DNA from: Cyanobacteria bacterium P01_F01_bin.150 | GTDB lineage: Bacteria > Cyanobacteriota > Cyanobacteriia > CAKZMO01 | Assembly: GCA_039189765.1 (NCBI GenBank) | Contig: JBCCYL010000006.1 | Location: forward strand, 1 to 64,000 | Direction: 5' to 3' | DNA length: 64,000 nt | Program-made: the position numbers and the translations under genes | Notes under the pieces: model-generated | The model's input: only the letters and a program-made list of their open reading frames with translations | Database searches by the model: none | What the model was told of the DNA's origin: nothing | Shown here: in pieces, positions 1 to 11,726 of the stretch | How positions within the stretch are numbered: the stretch's first letter is position 1 | Layout: each line of letters starts with the position of its first letter

Positions 1-3252
<3,252 letters not shown>

Positions 3253-3283
3253 TATGGCAATTTACTGCTAATAGTTAAAAAAC

Positions 3284-3325
3284 TAGGGTGTCTCTCTCGT
3301 ATTGTGGGAGAGACACCCTAATTTT
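3284..3325 (+). terminator. Intrinsic terminator hairpin after the GH9 gene, possibly bidirectional
   Basis: Stem tagggtgtctctc ... gagagacacccta, followed by atttt and preceded by an A-run. Confidence 0.75.
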
Positions 3326-3447
3326 GGTTAGAGGTTGAATCTCCCACAATACTTCATAGGACGCTACTATTGTTGGGTGGGGTGGCCTGTGGTTAAACGT
3401 TGAATAGCGATCACGGCCCAGTGTTGTAAGTCGTTAAATGTATCGAA

Positions 3448-6400
3448 ATGAATGCTTCTAAACAGCTTCGTATCCACCTGTTGGGCAATTTTCGCATTAC
3501 ATTTGATGATCAACCCATCGAAAGTTTACAGGCAGATCGGTATCAGGCGCTGCTCGCCTTTTTGATACTGTGCGCCCAAACGCCTTACCCAAGAGCAAAA
3601 GTCGCCAGCCTATTCTGGCCCGACACCACTGATAAAAAAGCAAAGACTAACCTGCGGCGAGAGCTGCACCGCTTTAGGCAGCTTTGGCCGCAGGCAGATC
3701 AGTTTGTCCAAGTCACTGCGCAAACTCTGCAATGGCAGCCCCAATTTCCTTGCTGGTCAGATGTAGGGGAATTTGAGGCGCAAATTGCTCAAGCCGCAGA
3801 CGGTTCAACCCTTGATGATAAAAACAGATACTTACAGCAGGCCGTTGAACTTTACCAAGGGGAACTGTTACCCACCTGCTATGACGAGTGGATTGAATCG
3901 CAGCGGAATCGCCTACAACAGCTTTTGATGAATGCGTTAACCGATCTGAGTTTAGGATTAGCGGAAGCAGGGGACTATCGAGGGGCGATCGCCACCACCC
4001 AGCGCCTGCTCCAGCTTGATTCTCTTAACGAATCAGGCTATTTGTTCCTGATGAAGTGCCATGTCCAGCAGGGCGAACGGGCGACTGCCCTACAGGTCTA
4101 CCATCAGTGTATGACCCTGCTGCGGGAGGAAATGGGCATTGACCCCAGCGCAGAAACCCGCCAGTTTTATGAGAAATTGCTCTCGGATGAAACACCATTG
4201 GTGGTCCCCAAGCAGCCTGAAGTATTGTTTCAGCAAACAGACCTCCAGCCAGCCATCACTAAACCTATCGATACGCCAAAAAATAACGTCCAAATTGACT
4301 GGGGGGAATCGCCGGATATTCAATTTTTCTGTGGTCGCTCACAGGAGTCAGCCCAGCTACGGCAGTGGATTCAGCAGGACCGCTGTCGTCTGATCACCGT
4401 ATTTGGCATGGGGGGCATGGGTAAAACGTCTTTGGCGGCAAAAGTCATCCATGAGCTACAGGCAGACTTTGACTTTATTATTTGGCGATCGCTACGAAAT
4501 GCACCACCCCTAAACGCGCTATTAGACGACTTAGTTCCGTTTATCTCTAATCAGCAAGAGGATACCTGCTCGATCAATCGCCTGGTTCACTGGCTGCGTC
4601 AATCCAGATGTTTGGTGGTTTTGGACAATATGGAAACCTTGTACAAACGAGGAGAACGGGCGGGTCAGTATCGAGAGGGCTATGAAAACTACAGTGAGTT
4701 AGTATCCGTGGCGGGTCAGACCAACCACCAGAGCTGTCTGCTGCTGACCAGTCGCGAAAAGCCCGCAGAGGTGGCAACGATTTCAGAGGCCAATCCCGCT
4801 GTGCAGGTGCTACAGCTAGAGGGATCGCCTGAGGCGGCCCTAGCGCTGATTGAGGCCAAGCAGCTCCAGGGTAGTCTGGAGGAAAAGGAACGGCTGGGCG
4901 ATCGCTATGGCCACAGTCCCCTATCGCTGCAAATTATTAGCAGTTCAATTCGTGACATATTTGATGGTGAGATCTCGCTGTTTCTGGAGGAAGACACGCT
5001 GCTGTTTAACGGGGCAAGAAAGCTACTGGAGGTGCAGTTTGAACGGCTCTCTTCCCTTGAGAAAACAGTGATGACCTGGCTGGCGATTAATCGAGACTGG
5101 ACAACGATTGCTGAGCTAAAGGCCGATATTTATCCATCCTGCTATAAGACCAAACTACTGGAGGCACTGGAATCGTTGTGTTGGCGATCGCTGATTCAGC
5201 GGCGAGGCAACGCCTATACTCAACAGCCCGTGATTATGGAGTATGTCACTGATCAGCTAATTGAGCAGGTGAGTGAGGAATTACTGGAACCTGACTGTTT
5301 TGAGCATGAGCCGCAGACCGCTCTTGCCGTCGTTGCCTATGCCCTGCTGAAAACAACGGCAAAAGACTTTGTTCGGGAAAGTCAGGAACGGTTTATCCTA
5401 CGGGCGGTTGCGGAACAGTTAAGAGAAGCACAGCCTGTTCCAGCCGAAGCTATTTTGGCCCACCTTAGAGCGCTGCAGCAACTCCAAAAAAAGACAACTG
5501 GATACAGCGCGGGGAATCTAATTAACCTGGCATGGGCCTTAGAAATGGACCTCAAAGGGGCAGACTTGTCCGGGCTAACAATTTACCACGCCTATCTGCA
5601 GGATGTGTTGCTCCATGGGGTCAACGTTTCCCACTCTATTTTTAAGGAAACCGCATTTAATCAGCCGCTGGCCCCAATTTGCAGTGTGGCCTATTCCCCT
5701 GACGGTTCACTACTGGCAACTGGGGAAGGAGCGGGACGTATTGTGGTGTGGCGGACCGCTGATTATAGACCCGTCCTGGTTATAAACGAGGCTTCACTGA
5801 GCTGGATTATGACGCTGGATTTTATCCATAACGGCAAGCGCTTAGTCAGTGAGGGCAATATTGGCGAAATCAACGTTTGGGATGTGGCCACGGGTAACGT
5901 CGTTGGCATGCTAACTGGCCATGGCGGAATTTTGTGGACGATGCAGGCCAGTCCTACGGATCATCTCCTGGTGGGCGGCAGTTTTGATGCCGACGTGCTG
6001 GTGTGGGATTTGGATACCTATAAGCTGCGGTATCGCTTAACTGGACACACTCAGCAGATTAACTCAGCGGTCTTTAGTCCCGATAGCCAACGGATTGCTA
6101 GCGCTAGTGATGATAAAACCCTGCGGATTTGGAATAGTCAAACTGGGGAACTACAGTCAGTGTGGCAGTGTGAAGTGGCTCCTACTTCTGTTTGTTTTAG
6201 TCCCGATGGTAACCGCCTCGCTATTGGTCACGATAACGGCACCATTAGCATTTGGCATGTGCAGACTGAACGTGCGGATTTGATTTTTCAAGCCCATAAA
6301 TATGAGATTCAAGCCATTGCTTTTAGTCCCTGTGGAGACTATCTTGCCAGCGGTAGTGACGATACGACAACAAAGCTATGGAACGCTCAAACAGGGCAGC

Positions 6401-7524
6401 TATTGCGGACCGCTACGGTGTATACGAGTTTGGTCTGGTCTTTAAAATTTAGCCCAGATGGTCAGTATTTAGCTGTTGGCAGTAACGACCATGCCATTCG
6501 GCTATGGGAAATGCCAAAGCATCGTCTTCTTAGAACTCTAAAAGGATTTTCCGGTTGGGTTAATTCAGTACAGTGTCACCCCAGCACATCGCTTTTAGCT
6601 GCTGGGAGTAGCGATCGCACCGTGCGACTGTGGAATCGAGACACGGGGGGGCTAATCCAAACCTTGGAAGGACATAAGGATGCGGTTTCAGCGGTGGCCA
6701 TTAGTCCCTGTGGTCAGCAGCTAGCCAGTAGTAGCTTTGATAACATCATTAACGTATGGAATATTCAAACAGGCAGGCATTTAAAGACGCTACACGGACA
6801 GGAGTCTTCAGTCCAGTTTATAGATTTTAGCCCCAATAACCAGCTATTGCTAAGCGGAAGCTTTGACCACACTGTTCAACTTTGGGATATCACCGCTGGC
6901 AGTCTGGTTAAAACAATCGATGCTCATAACGGTTGGGTGTTTGCCGCTCGCTTTAGTCCCGATGGTCAATCCTTTGCCAGCGTCGGCATTGATGGAGTGA
7001 TTAAGCTATGGGATATCGCTACGGGAGACCTTCGCATTGCTTGGGAAAGTCAGCAGGGATCAACGTTGTCCGTGGCGTTTGATGCCGATGGGCAACGGCT
7101 GGCCAGCAGCGGCGACGATGGCACGATTAAGCTGTGGCATGCTGAAACGGGGAAACTGCTAAGCTTGTTGGAGGGTCATCAGGGCATTGTCTGGGTTGCT
7201 GAGTTTAGTCCTGATGGCAGGGTGCTGGCCAGCGGCAGTGATGATCAAACCGTTAAGCTGTGGGATACACAGACGGGAGAGCTATTACAAACGTTAGATC
7301 TGCACCGGGGCCGGGTTAATTCTGTCTCTTTTGCCTCTGATGGCCAAACCCTGGCCAGCGGTAGCGCCGATGAAACCATTCGCATTTGGCGAATAGCTAC
7401 GGGGGAGTGTTTAAGGACCTTGATGGCTCCGAGACCCTATGAGGGGATGAATATTACCGATGTGCAGGGGTTGACGGAAGCTCAAAAAGATTCTCTAAAG
7501 TCGTTAGGGGCGGTGGAGGGCTAA
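3448..7524 (+). CDS. STAND regulator: SARP-type wHTH + BTAD, NB-ARC NTPase, pentapeptide segment, ~14 WD40 repeats
   Basis: N-terminal LRIHLLGNFRI...ALLAFLIL...LFWPD...NLRRELHR. BTAD segment AVELYQGELL...LLQLDSLNE...EEMGIDPS. Walker A GMGGMGKT, Walker B LVVLDNME, and LLLTSRE. Repeated SPDG...ASGS.D.T..LW units. Confidence 0.92.
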   Translation: MNASKQLRIHLLGNFRITFDDQPIESLQADRYQALLAFLILCAQTPYPRAKVASLFWPDTTDKKAKTNLRRELHRFRQLWPQADQFVQVTAQTLQWQPQFPCWSDVGEFEAQIAQAADGSTLDDKNRYLQQAVELYQGELLPTCYDEWIESQRNRLQQLLMNALTDLSLGLAEAGDYRGAIATTQRLLQLDSLNESGYLFLMKCHVQQGERATALQVYHQCMTLLREEMGIDPSAETRQFYEKLLSDETPLVVPKQPEVLFQQTDLQPAITKPIDTPKNNVQIDWGESPDIQFFCGRSQESAQLRQWIQQDRCRLITVFGMGGMGKTSLAAKVIHELQADFDFIIWRSLRNAPPLNALLDDLVPFISNQQEDTCSINRLVHWLRQSRCLVVLDNMETLYKRGERAGQYREGYENYSELVSVAGQTNHQSCLLLTSREKPAEVATISEANPAVQVLQLEGSPEAALALIEAKQLQGSLEEKERLGDRYGHSPLSLQIISSSIRDIFDGEISLFLEEDTLLFNGARKLLEVQFERLSSLEKTVMTWLAINRDWTTIAELKADIYPSCYKTKLLEALESLCWRSLIQRRGNAYTQQPVIMEYVTDQLIEQVSEELLEPDCFEHEPQTALAVVAYALLKTTAKDFVRESQERFILRAVAEQLREAQPVPAEAILAHLRALQQLQKKTTGYSAGNLINLAWALEMDLKGADLSGLTIYHAYLQDVLLHGVNVSHSIFKETAFNQPLAPICSVAYSPDGSLLATGEGAGRIVVWRTADYRPVLVINEASLSWIMTLDFIHNGKRLVSEGNIGEINVWDVATGNVVGMLTGHGGILWTMQASPTDHLLVGGSFDADVLVWDLDTYKLRYRLTGHTQQINSAVFSPDSQRIASASDDKTLRIWNSQTGELQSVWQCEVAPTSVCFSPDGNRLAIGHDNGTISIWHVQTERADLIFQAHKYEIQAIAFSPCGDYLASGSDDTTTKLWNAQTGQLLRTATVYTSLVWSLKFSPDGQYLAVGSNDHAIRLWEMPKHRLLRTLKGFSGWVNSVQCHPSTSLLAAGSSDRTVRLWNRDTGGLIQTLEGHKDAVSAVAISPCGQQLASSSFDNIINVWNIQTGRHLKTLHGQESSVQFIDFSPNNQLLLSGSFDHTVQLWDITAGSLVKTIDAHNGWVFAARFSPDGQSFASVGIDGVIKLWDIATGDLRIAWESQQGSTLSVAFDADGQRLASSGDDGTIKLWHAETGKLLSLLEGHQGIVWVAEFSPDGRVLASGSDDQTVKLWDTQTGELLQTLDLHRGRVNSVSFASDGQTLASGSADETIRIWRIATGECLRTLMAPRPYEGMNITDVQGLTEAQKDSLKSLGAVEG

Positions 7525-7624
7525 TTTAATAGCAGTTGTTGATAGAAAGTTTATTTGGAGCTGTTGAGAGTGACAAAACCAGAAAAGAATCGGCTAATAA
7601 TGAAAAATTAAGATTTATCGCAAT

Positions 7625-9046
7625 ATGTTTAAACGGAAGTGGATGCATGAGTATGGGACTGAGAGTTGGAGAAGCCGCATAAAACTAGGGTTACTATTGG
7701 TTTCTACGTCAACTCTTGTGACATTGATGATGAATGGATTAACAGGGGTTGCTGTTAGCAAGAATCAGGGGTCAGTAAAAGCACTGAAAAAATCCGAAGG
7801 GCAAAAAGAGGATGTGCTTCTAACATTGACAAACCCAAAAGTTGCATCCCTGCCTGGAGGAATCCAATCAATGGAGCGATTAAGAGGGTTTTCAGCCTCG
7901 AAAACAGAAGAGAATCCATCTACACGATTGCCTAGAGAAAAATCCCGCATCGAGCATGAAGGGGCGGTCTTAGACGTGCGCTTCAGTCCTGATGGGCGAT
8001 ATGTAGTCAGTGGCAGTGTGGACAACACTGCGCGGGTGTGGGATATCATAGCCAATCGGGAAGTTGCCCGCATTGAGCATGAGGGGGCGGTCTTAGACGT
8101 GCGCTTTAGTCCCAATGGACGATACGTGGCGAGCGGAAGTTGGGATAAAACAGCGAGGGTGTGGGATATCATAGCCAATCGAGAGGTGGCCCGCATTGAG
8201 CATGAAGGAGAGATCTTAGACGTGCGATTCAGTCCTGATGGGCGATATGTGGCGAGCAGTGGTTTGGACAGCACGGCACGGGTGTGGGATATTGAGGCCA
8301 ATCGGGAGGTCGCCCGTATCGAGCATGAGAAAGAACTCTATGACATAGGCTTCAGCCCCGATGGGCGCTATTTGGCAAGCGGCAGCTTGGACAACACGGC
8401 ACGAGTTCTGGATATTGCGGCCAATCAGGAGGTGGCTCGTATCGAACATGAGTGGGAGGTCTTAAGCGTACGTTTTAGCCCCGACGGGCGCTACGTGGCC
8501 AGTGCCAGTTGGGATGACACGGCGCGGGTGTGGGATATCGAGGCCAATCGAGAGGTGGCCCGCATTGAGCACGAGGGAAATGTTTTTGACGTGCCCTTCA
8601 GCCCCGATGGGCGCTATGTGGCCAGTGCCAGTTGGGACAACACGGTGCGGCTATGGGATATCGTAGCCAATCGAGAAGTGGCCCACATCAGGCATCATCA
8701 TATAGTCTATGACGTGAGCTTTAGTCCTGATGGGCGCTATTTAGCTAGCGCCAGTCTGGACAACACGGCGCGGGTATGGGATGTTACGACCAATCGAGAG
8801 GTGGTCCGCATCAACCATGAGGAGGATGTCCATACCGTACGCTTCAGCCCTGATGGGCGCTATGTGGTTAGCGGCAGTGTGGATAACACGGCGCAAGTGT
8901 GGGCTATCGAGGCCAATCGAGAGGTGACTCGCATCGAGCATGAGGGGGATGTTTTAGACGTGAGCTTTAGCCCTGATGGACGCTATGTTGCGAGTAGCAG
9001 CAGTGACAACACGGCACGGGTTTGGGATATCTCAGCCAACCGCTAG
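7625..9046 (+). CDS. WD40-repeat protein with nine highly similar 41-aa repeats and an N-terminal hydrophobic (signal/TM) segment
   Basis: Nine copies of RIEHExxVxDVxFSPDGRYVASxSxDNTARVWDIxANRE. Hydrophobic stretch LGLLLVSTSTLVTLMMNGLTGVAVS. Confidence 0.92.
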   Translation: MFKRKWMHEYGTESWRSRIKLGLLLVSTSTLVTLMMNGLTGVAVSKNQGSVKALKKSEGQKEDVLLTLTNPKVASLPGGIQSMERLRGFSASKTEENPSTRLPREKSRIEHEGAVLDVRFSPDGRYVVSGSVDNTARVWDIIANREVARIEHEGAVLDVRFSPNGRYVASGSWDKTARVWDIIANREVARIEHEGEILDVRFSPDGRYVASSGLDSTARVWDIEANREVARIEHEKELYDIGFSPDGRYLASGSLDNTARVLDIAANQEVARIEHEWEVLSVRFSPDGRYVASASWDDTARVWDIEANREVARIEHEGNVFDVPFSPDGRYVASASWDNTVRLWDIVANREVAHIRHHHIVYDVSFSPDGRYLASASLDNTARVWDVTTNREVVRINHEEDVHTVRFSPDGRYVVSGSVDNTAQVWAIEANREVTRIEHEGDVLDVSFSPDGRYVASSSSDNTARVWDISANR

Positions 9047-9118
9047 GATCTAGCATCGAGTAAGATTTATTGATGATTGAAGGGACGCGATCGCCCTTAC
9101 GCGCACCTGGCAGAGACC

Positions 9119-9183
9119 AGATTCCGGGGTTCTGAAAAGATGTGTTGGCCAGCATCGAAGATACTCTAAGAACCCCAGAATCT
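9119..9183. repeat. 65-bp element with 15-bp terminal inverted repeats, copy 1
   Basis: agattccggggttct...agaaccccagaatct; four copies in the window. Confidence 0.85.
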
Positions 9184-9271
9184 TTGCGGGGCGCGATCGC
9201 GTTTAACGGGGGATGGGGAAGCGATCGCTTTTGGGTAGAAGGTGAGGGGGCGATCGCCCTTATGCTTAAGC

Positions 9272-9336
9272 AGATCCTGGGGTTCAGAAAAGATGTGTTG
9301 GCCAGCACCGAAGATGCTTTAAGAACCCAGGGATCT
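9272..9336. repeat. 65-bp inverted-repeat element, copy 2
   Basis: agatcctggggttca...agaacccagggatct with the same core aaaagatgtgttggccagca. Confidence 0.85.
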
Positions 9337-9470
9337 TTGTGGGGCGCAATCGCTTTTAACGGAAGGTGTTGAGGCGATCGCGTTTGAGTGGCAGGAGAGG
9401 GGGCGATCGCATGGTCAGGCAAAGCGACATCCCATAATTAATAGTAATCGAGCACCTGACGGAGGTTAAG

Positions 9471-9533
9471 ATGACGCTACAACTGATGATAAAGCCATCG
9501 GATAGGCGATGGTTTATTGTCGAGTCCATGTAA
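9471..9533 (+). pseudogene. 5' remnant of a paralog of the 10479 antitoxin-like gene, with its upstream region
   Basis: ATG ACG CTA CAA CTG ATG ATA AAG CCA TCG (MTLQLMIKPS) matches MTPQLMIQPS at 10479. About 120 bp upstream is also similar. Homology ends near 9501 and the frame stops at 9533. Confidence 0.7.
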
Positions 9534-9615
9534 CGGAGATGAAAATGGATAATCAAAGATCCGAACAGATAGTAGAGGTCAGCAGTAGTCCTTATCACCA
9601 ATTCTGAGGTTGGAT

Positions 9616-10050
9616 ATGGCTAGAGATTTATTTCATAATCAAGTCAAAGCTGCTTTAGTGAAAGATGGATGGACTGTTACCCATGATCCCTACTCCATAA
9701 AAATTAGTGAAGTCATTAAAGTCCAGATTGATTTAGGCGCAGAAAGTACGATCGCAGCCCAGCGTGGTCAAGACAAAATTGCCGTTGAAATCAAAAGCTT
9801 TGTGTCTGATTCAGATATTAATGAATTTCATGGCGCACTGGGTCAATACCTTAACTACGCCAGAGCACTAACCATTGAAGATCCAATCCGAACGCTTTAT
9901 CTAGCTGTCCCCGTTGATACATACACCGAGTTTTTCCAAGTCCCTTTTATTCAAGCTACCTTACAGGACTATCGAATTAACCTAATTGTTTATGAACCAA
10001 TCCAGGAGGTCATTCAACAATGGATAAACTTCAACACTACCGACAATTAA
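9616..10050 (+). CDS. xisH: XisH-family protein (PD-(D/E)XK fold)
   Basis: MARDLFHNQVKAALVKDGWTVTHDP...IDLGAE...KIAVEIKSF...ALGQYLNY...LYLAVP; overlaps xisI. Confidence 0.92.
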   Translation: MARDLFHNQVKAALVKDGWTVTHDPYSIKISEVIKVQIDLGAESTIAAQRGQDKIAVEIKSFVSDSDINEFHGALGQYLNYARALTIEDPIRTLYLAVPVDTYTEFFQVPFIQATLQDYRINLIVYEPIQEVIQQWINFNTTDN

Positions 10051-10355
10051 TTCGCACCATTCTGACCGAACAAGCCCAACCCGATAACCATGCTAATGAT
10101 GTGGAACCCACCATTATTTGCGACACCGAAGGAGATCATTATCAACTCGCCTATATTGGTTGGAAGGGCCAGAAACGTGTGTTTGGGATTTTGCTCCACT
10201 TCGATATCAAAGATGGCAAAATTTGGCTGCAATATAACGGTACGGAACTATCCATTGCCAAACGGCTAACCGATGAAGGCGTTCCGCCCAGCGATATTGT
10301 AATCGGCTTTCATTCGGAATTTAAGCGGCAGTTTAATGGATACGCAGTGGTCTAA
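10020..10355 (+). CDS. xisI: XisI-family protein
   Basis: MDKLQHYRQLIRTIL...DHYQL..IGW...HFDIKDGKIWLQYNGTE..IA..L...GVP.SDIVIGFH. Confidence 0.93.
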   Translation: MDKLQHYRQLIRTILTEQAQPDNHANDVEPTIICDTEGDHYQLAYIGWKGQKRVFGILLHFDIKDGKIWLQYNGTELSIAKRLTDEGVPPSDIVIGFHSEFKRQFNGYAVV

Positions 10356-10478
10356 GGCGATCGCTTTTGAACGGAAGGAGTGGGGGCGATCGCGCTGTAA
10401 GTTTGTGTGGGCGATCGCATGAGCAGGCAAAGCTACACCTTATAATTAATGGTGATCGAACACCTTACGGGAGTTAAG

Positions 10479-10799
10479 ATGACGCCACAACTGATGATAC
10501 AGCCATCGGCACTACTCCAATCAGGCATGGAAGCTCAATCTATCGGAGATTTTATGGTCTTCCGATTTACCCCAGAGCTTCAACAGCGCTCCGATATCCT
10601 CACCAAAAGAGCCAAAGATGGAGTATTGACAACAGAAGAAGAAGCTGAACTGGCTGGAATTTCTGAACTATCGCGTATTTTTACCTTTATCAACGCCCAA
10701 CTCAGTGCGACTGCAACATGGTGTCCGAGCAAACGAGACGATTGGTACAACGACGAGCCAACTTCCTCTGTGAATATTGTCACTCCCCCGAATACCTGA
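10479..10799 (+). CDS. Small helical protein of the type found upstream of cyanobacterial HNH genes (putative antitoxin)
   Basis: Motif F.FTPELQQR.D.L..RAK.G.LT.EEEAEL..I.EL.RIFT.INA. An RBS-like ggag precedes the ATG at 10479. Overlaps the HNH gene. Confidence 0.65.
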   Translation: MTPQLMIQPSALLQSGMEAQSIGDFMVFRFTPELQQRSDILTKRAKDGVLTTEEEAELAGISELSRIFTFINAQLSATATWCPSKRDDWYNDEPTSSVNIVTPPNT

Positions 10800-11164
10800 G
10801 TCCCGATCGCTTTGAAATCGATCATCTGCAGCCAAGATCTATAGGAGGAACTGATGAGTTGATAAATTTGGCGTTGGCATGTCGGCGTTGTAATTTACGA
10901 AGATACAATTTTACTCAAGGCATTGACCCAATTACCCAAACCACTGAACCACTATTCAATCCACGAATCGATAGTTGGACCGACCATTTCCAGTGGATAG
11001 ATAAGGGTCTCCGGATTAATAGTTTGACCGCAATGGGTCGGGCAACCTGTAAACGATTGGATATGAATGATGATGAGCACGATGCAGGAGATAATCAATT
11101 CCAGACGGTATTGGATTCAGGGAGGTTGGCATCCACCCAGTCAAGACATCAAGTAATTTATTGA
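10718..11164 (+). CDS. HNH endonuclease, probably with a frameshift near the C-terminus
   Basis: CEYC...FEIDHLQP..GG...NLALACRRCN...LFNPR..W..HF.W...GRAT. The family-like tail IINSRRYWIQGGWHPPSQDIK* lies in another frame (11091-11156). Confidence 0.85.
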   Translation: MVSEQTRRLVQRRANFLCEYCHSPEYLSPDRFEIDHLQPRSIGGTDELINLALACRRCNLRRYNFTQGIDPITQTTEPLFNPRIDSWTDHFQWIDKGLRINSLTAMGRATCKRLDMNDDEHDAGDNQFQTVLDSGRLASTQSRHQVIY

Positions 11165-11209
11165 TGATTAAAGGGATGCAATCGCCCTTACGCGCAACTG
11201 GCAGAGACC

Positions 11210-11274
11210 AGATCCTGGGGTTCTGAAAAGATGTGTTGGCCAGCACCGAAGCTTCTCTAAGAACCCCGGGATCT
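11210..11274. repeat. 65-bp inverted-repeat element, copy 3
   Basis: agatcctggggttct...agaaccccgggatct. Confidence 0.85.
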
Positions 11275-11315
11275 TTGCGGGGGGCGATCGCCCCTACCAT
11301 CTGCTGGCGGGGACT

Positions 11316-11380
11316 AGATCCCGGGGTTCTAAAAAGATGTGTTGGTCAGCACCGAAGCTTCTCTAAGAACCCCGGGATCT
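11316..11380. repeat. 65-bp inverted-repeat element, copy 4
   Basis: agatcccggggttct...agaaccccgggatct, a perfect 15-bp TIR pair. Confidence 0.85.
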
Positions 11381-11525
11381 TTGCGGGGGGCGATCGCTAT
11401 TACCCCTCTCACTAAAACGAATGAATTCAAGGTACGCTTGAACGTCTTCGCTGACCCTTCAGCCTCCGCTGCGGGCAAGTATTCTGGGCGCTGCGCATTA
11501 TCGTTGATCCTGTCTAGCAGGGGTT

Positions 11526-11568
11526 AGACGTTTTAGAGACGCTTAGGAGACGCTTTGTTGTCTAAAGT
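11526..11568 (+). promoter_or_regulatory. Triple AGACG direct repeat (11-bp period) followed by a -10-like TAAAGT
   Basis: AGACG at 11526, 11537 and 11548; TAAAGT at 11563-11568; upstream of the 11727 gene. Confidence 0.55.
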
Positions 11569-11726
11569 AAATGTATCGTTTTGCGGTTAACTGTTATATC
11601 TATATCGTTCGTAAGTGATGGCAGTGCTGATACACTCCCAAGGATTTAACCAAATTTGTGGATAGGCCCCTATCCCAGAATCTTGCTTTAAGACTTGGAA
11701 TATTTAAGCAAAAAAGGACAACAACT

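Noticed and set aside
9193..9410. HIP1 triads or 65-bp elements as a CRISPR array
   Set aside because: The repeat is only 8 bp, the spacers resemble each other, there are at most three units, and no cas genes are present.
8967..9601. ORFs 8967-9422, 9142-9372, 9356-9601 and similar ones at 11016-11527
   Set aside because: They are translations of the intergenic repeats (AIA from HIP1) with no protein-family features.
9616..10355. xisH/xisI as evidence of an fdxN excision element
   Set aside because: There is no XisF-type recombinase and no interrupted nif/fdxN gene. xisHI pairs are widespread on their own.
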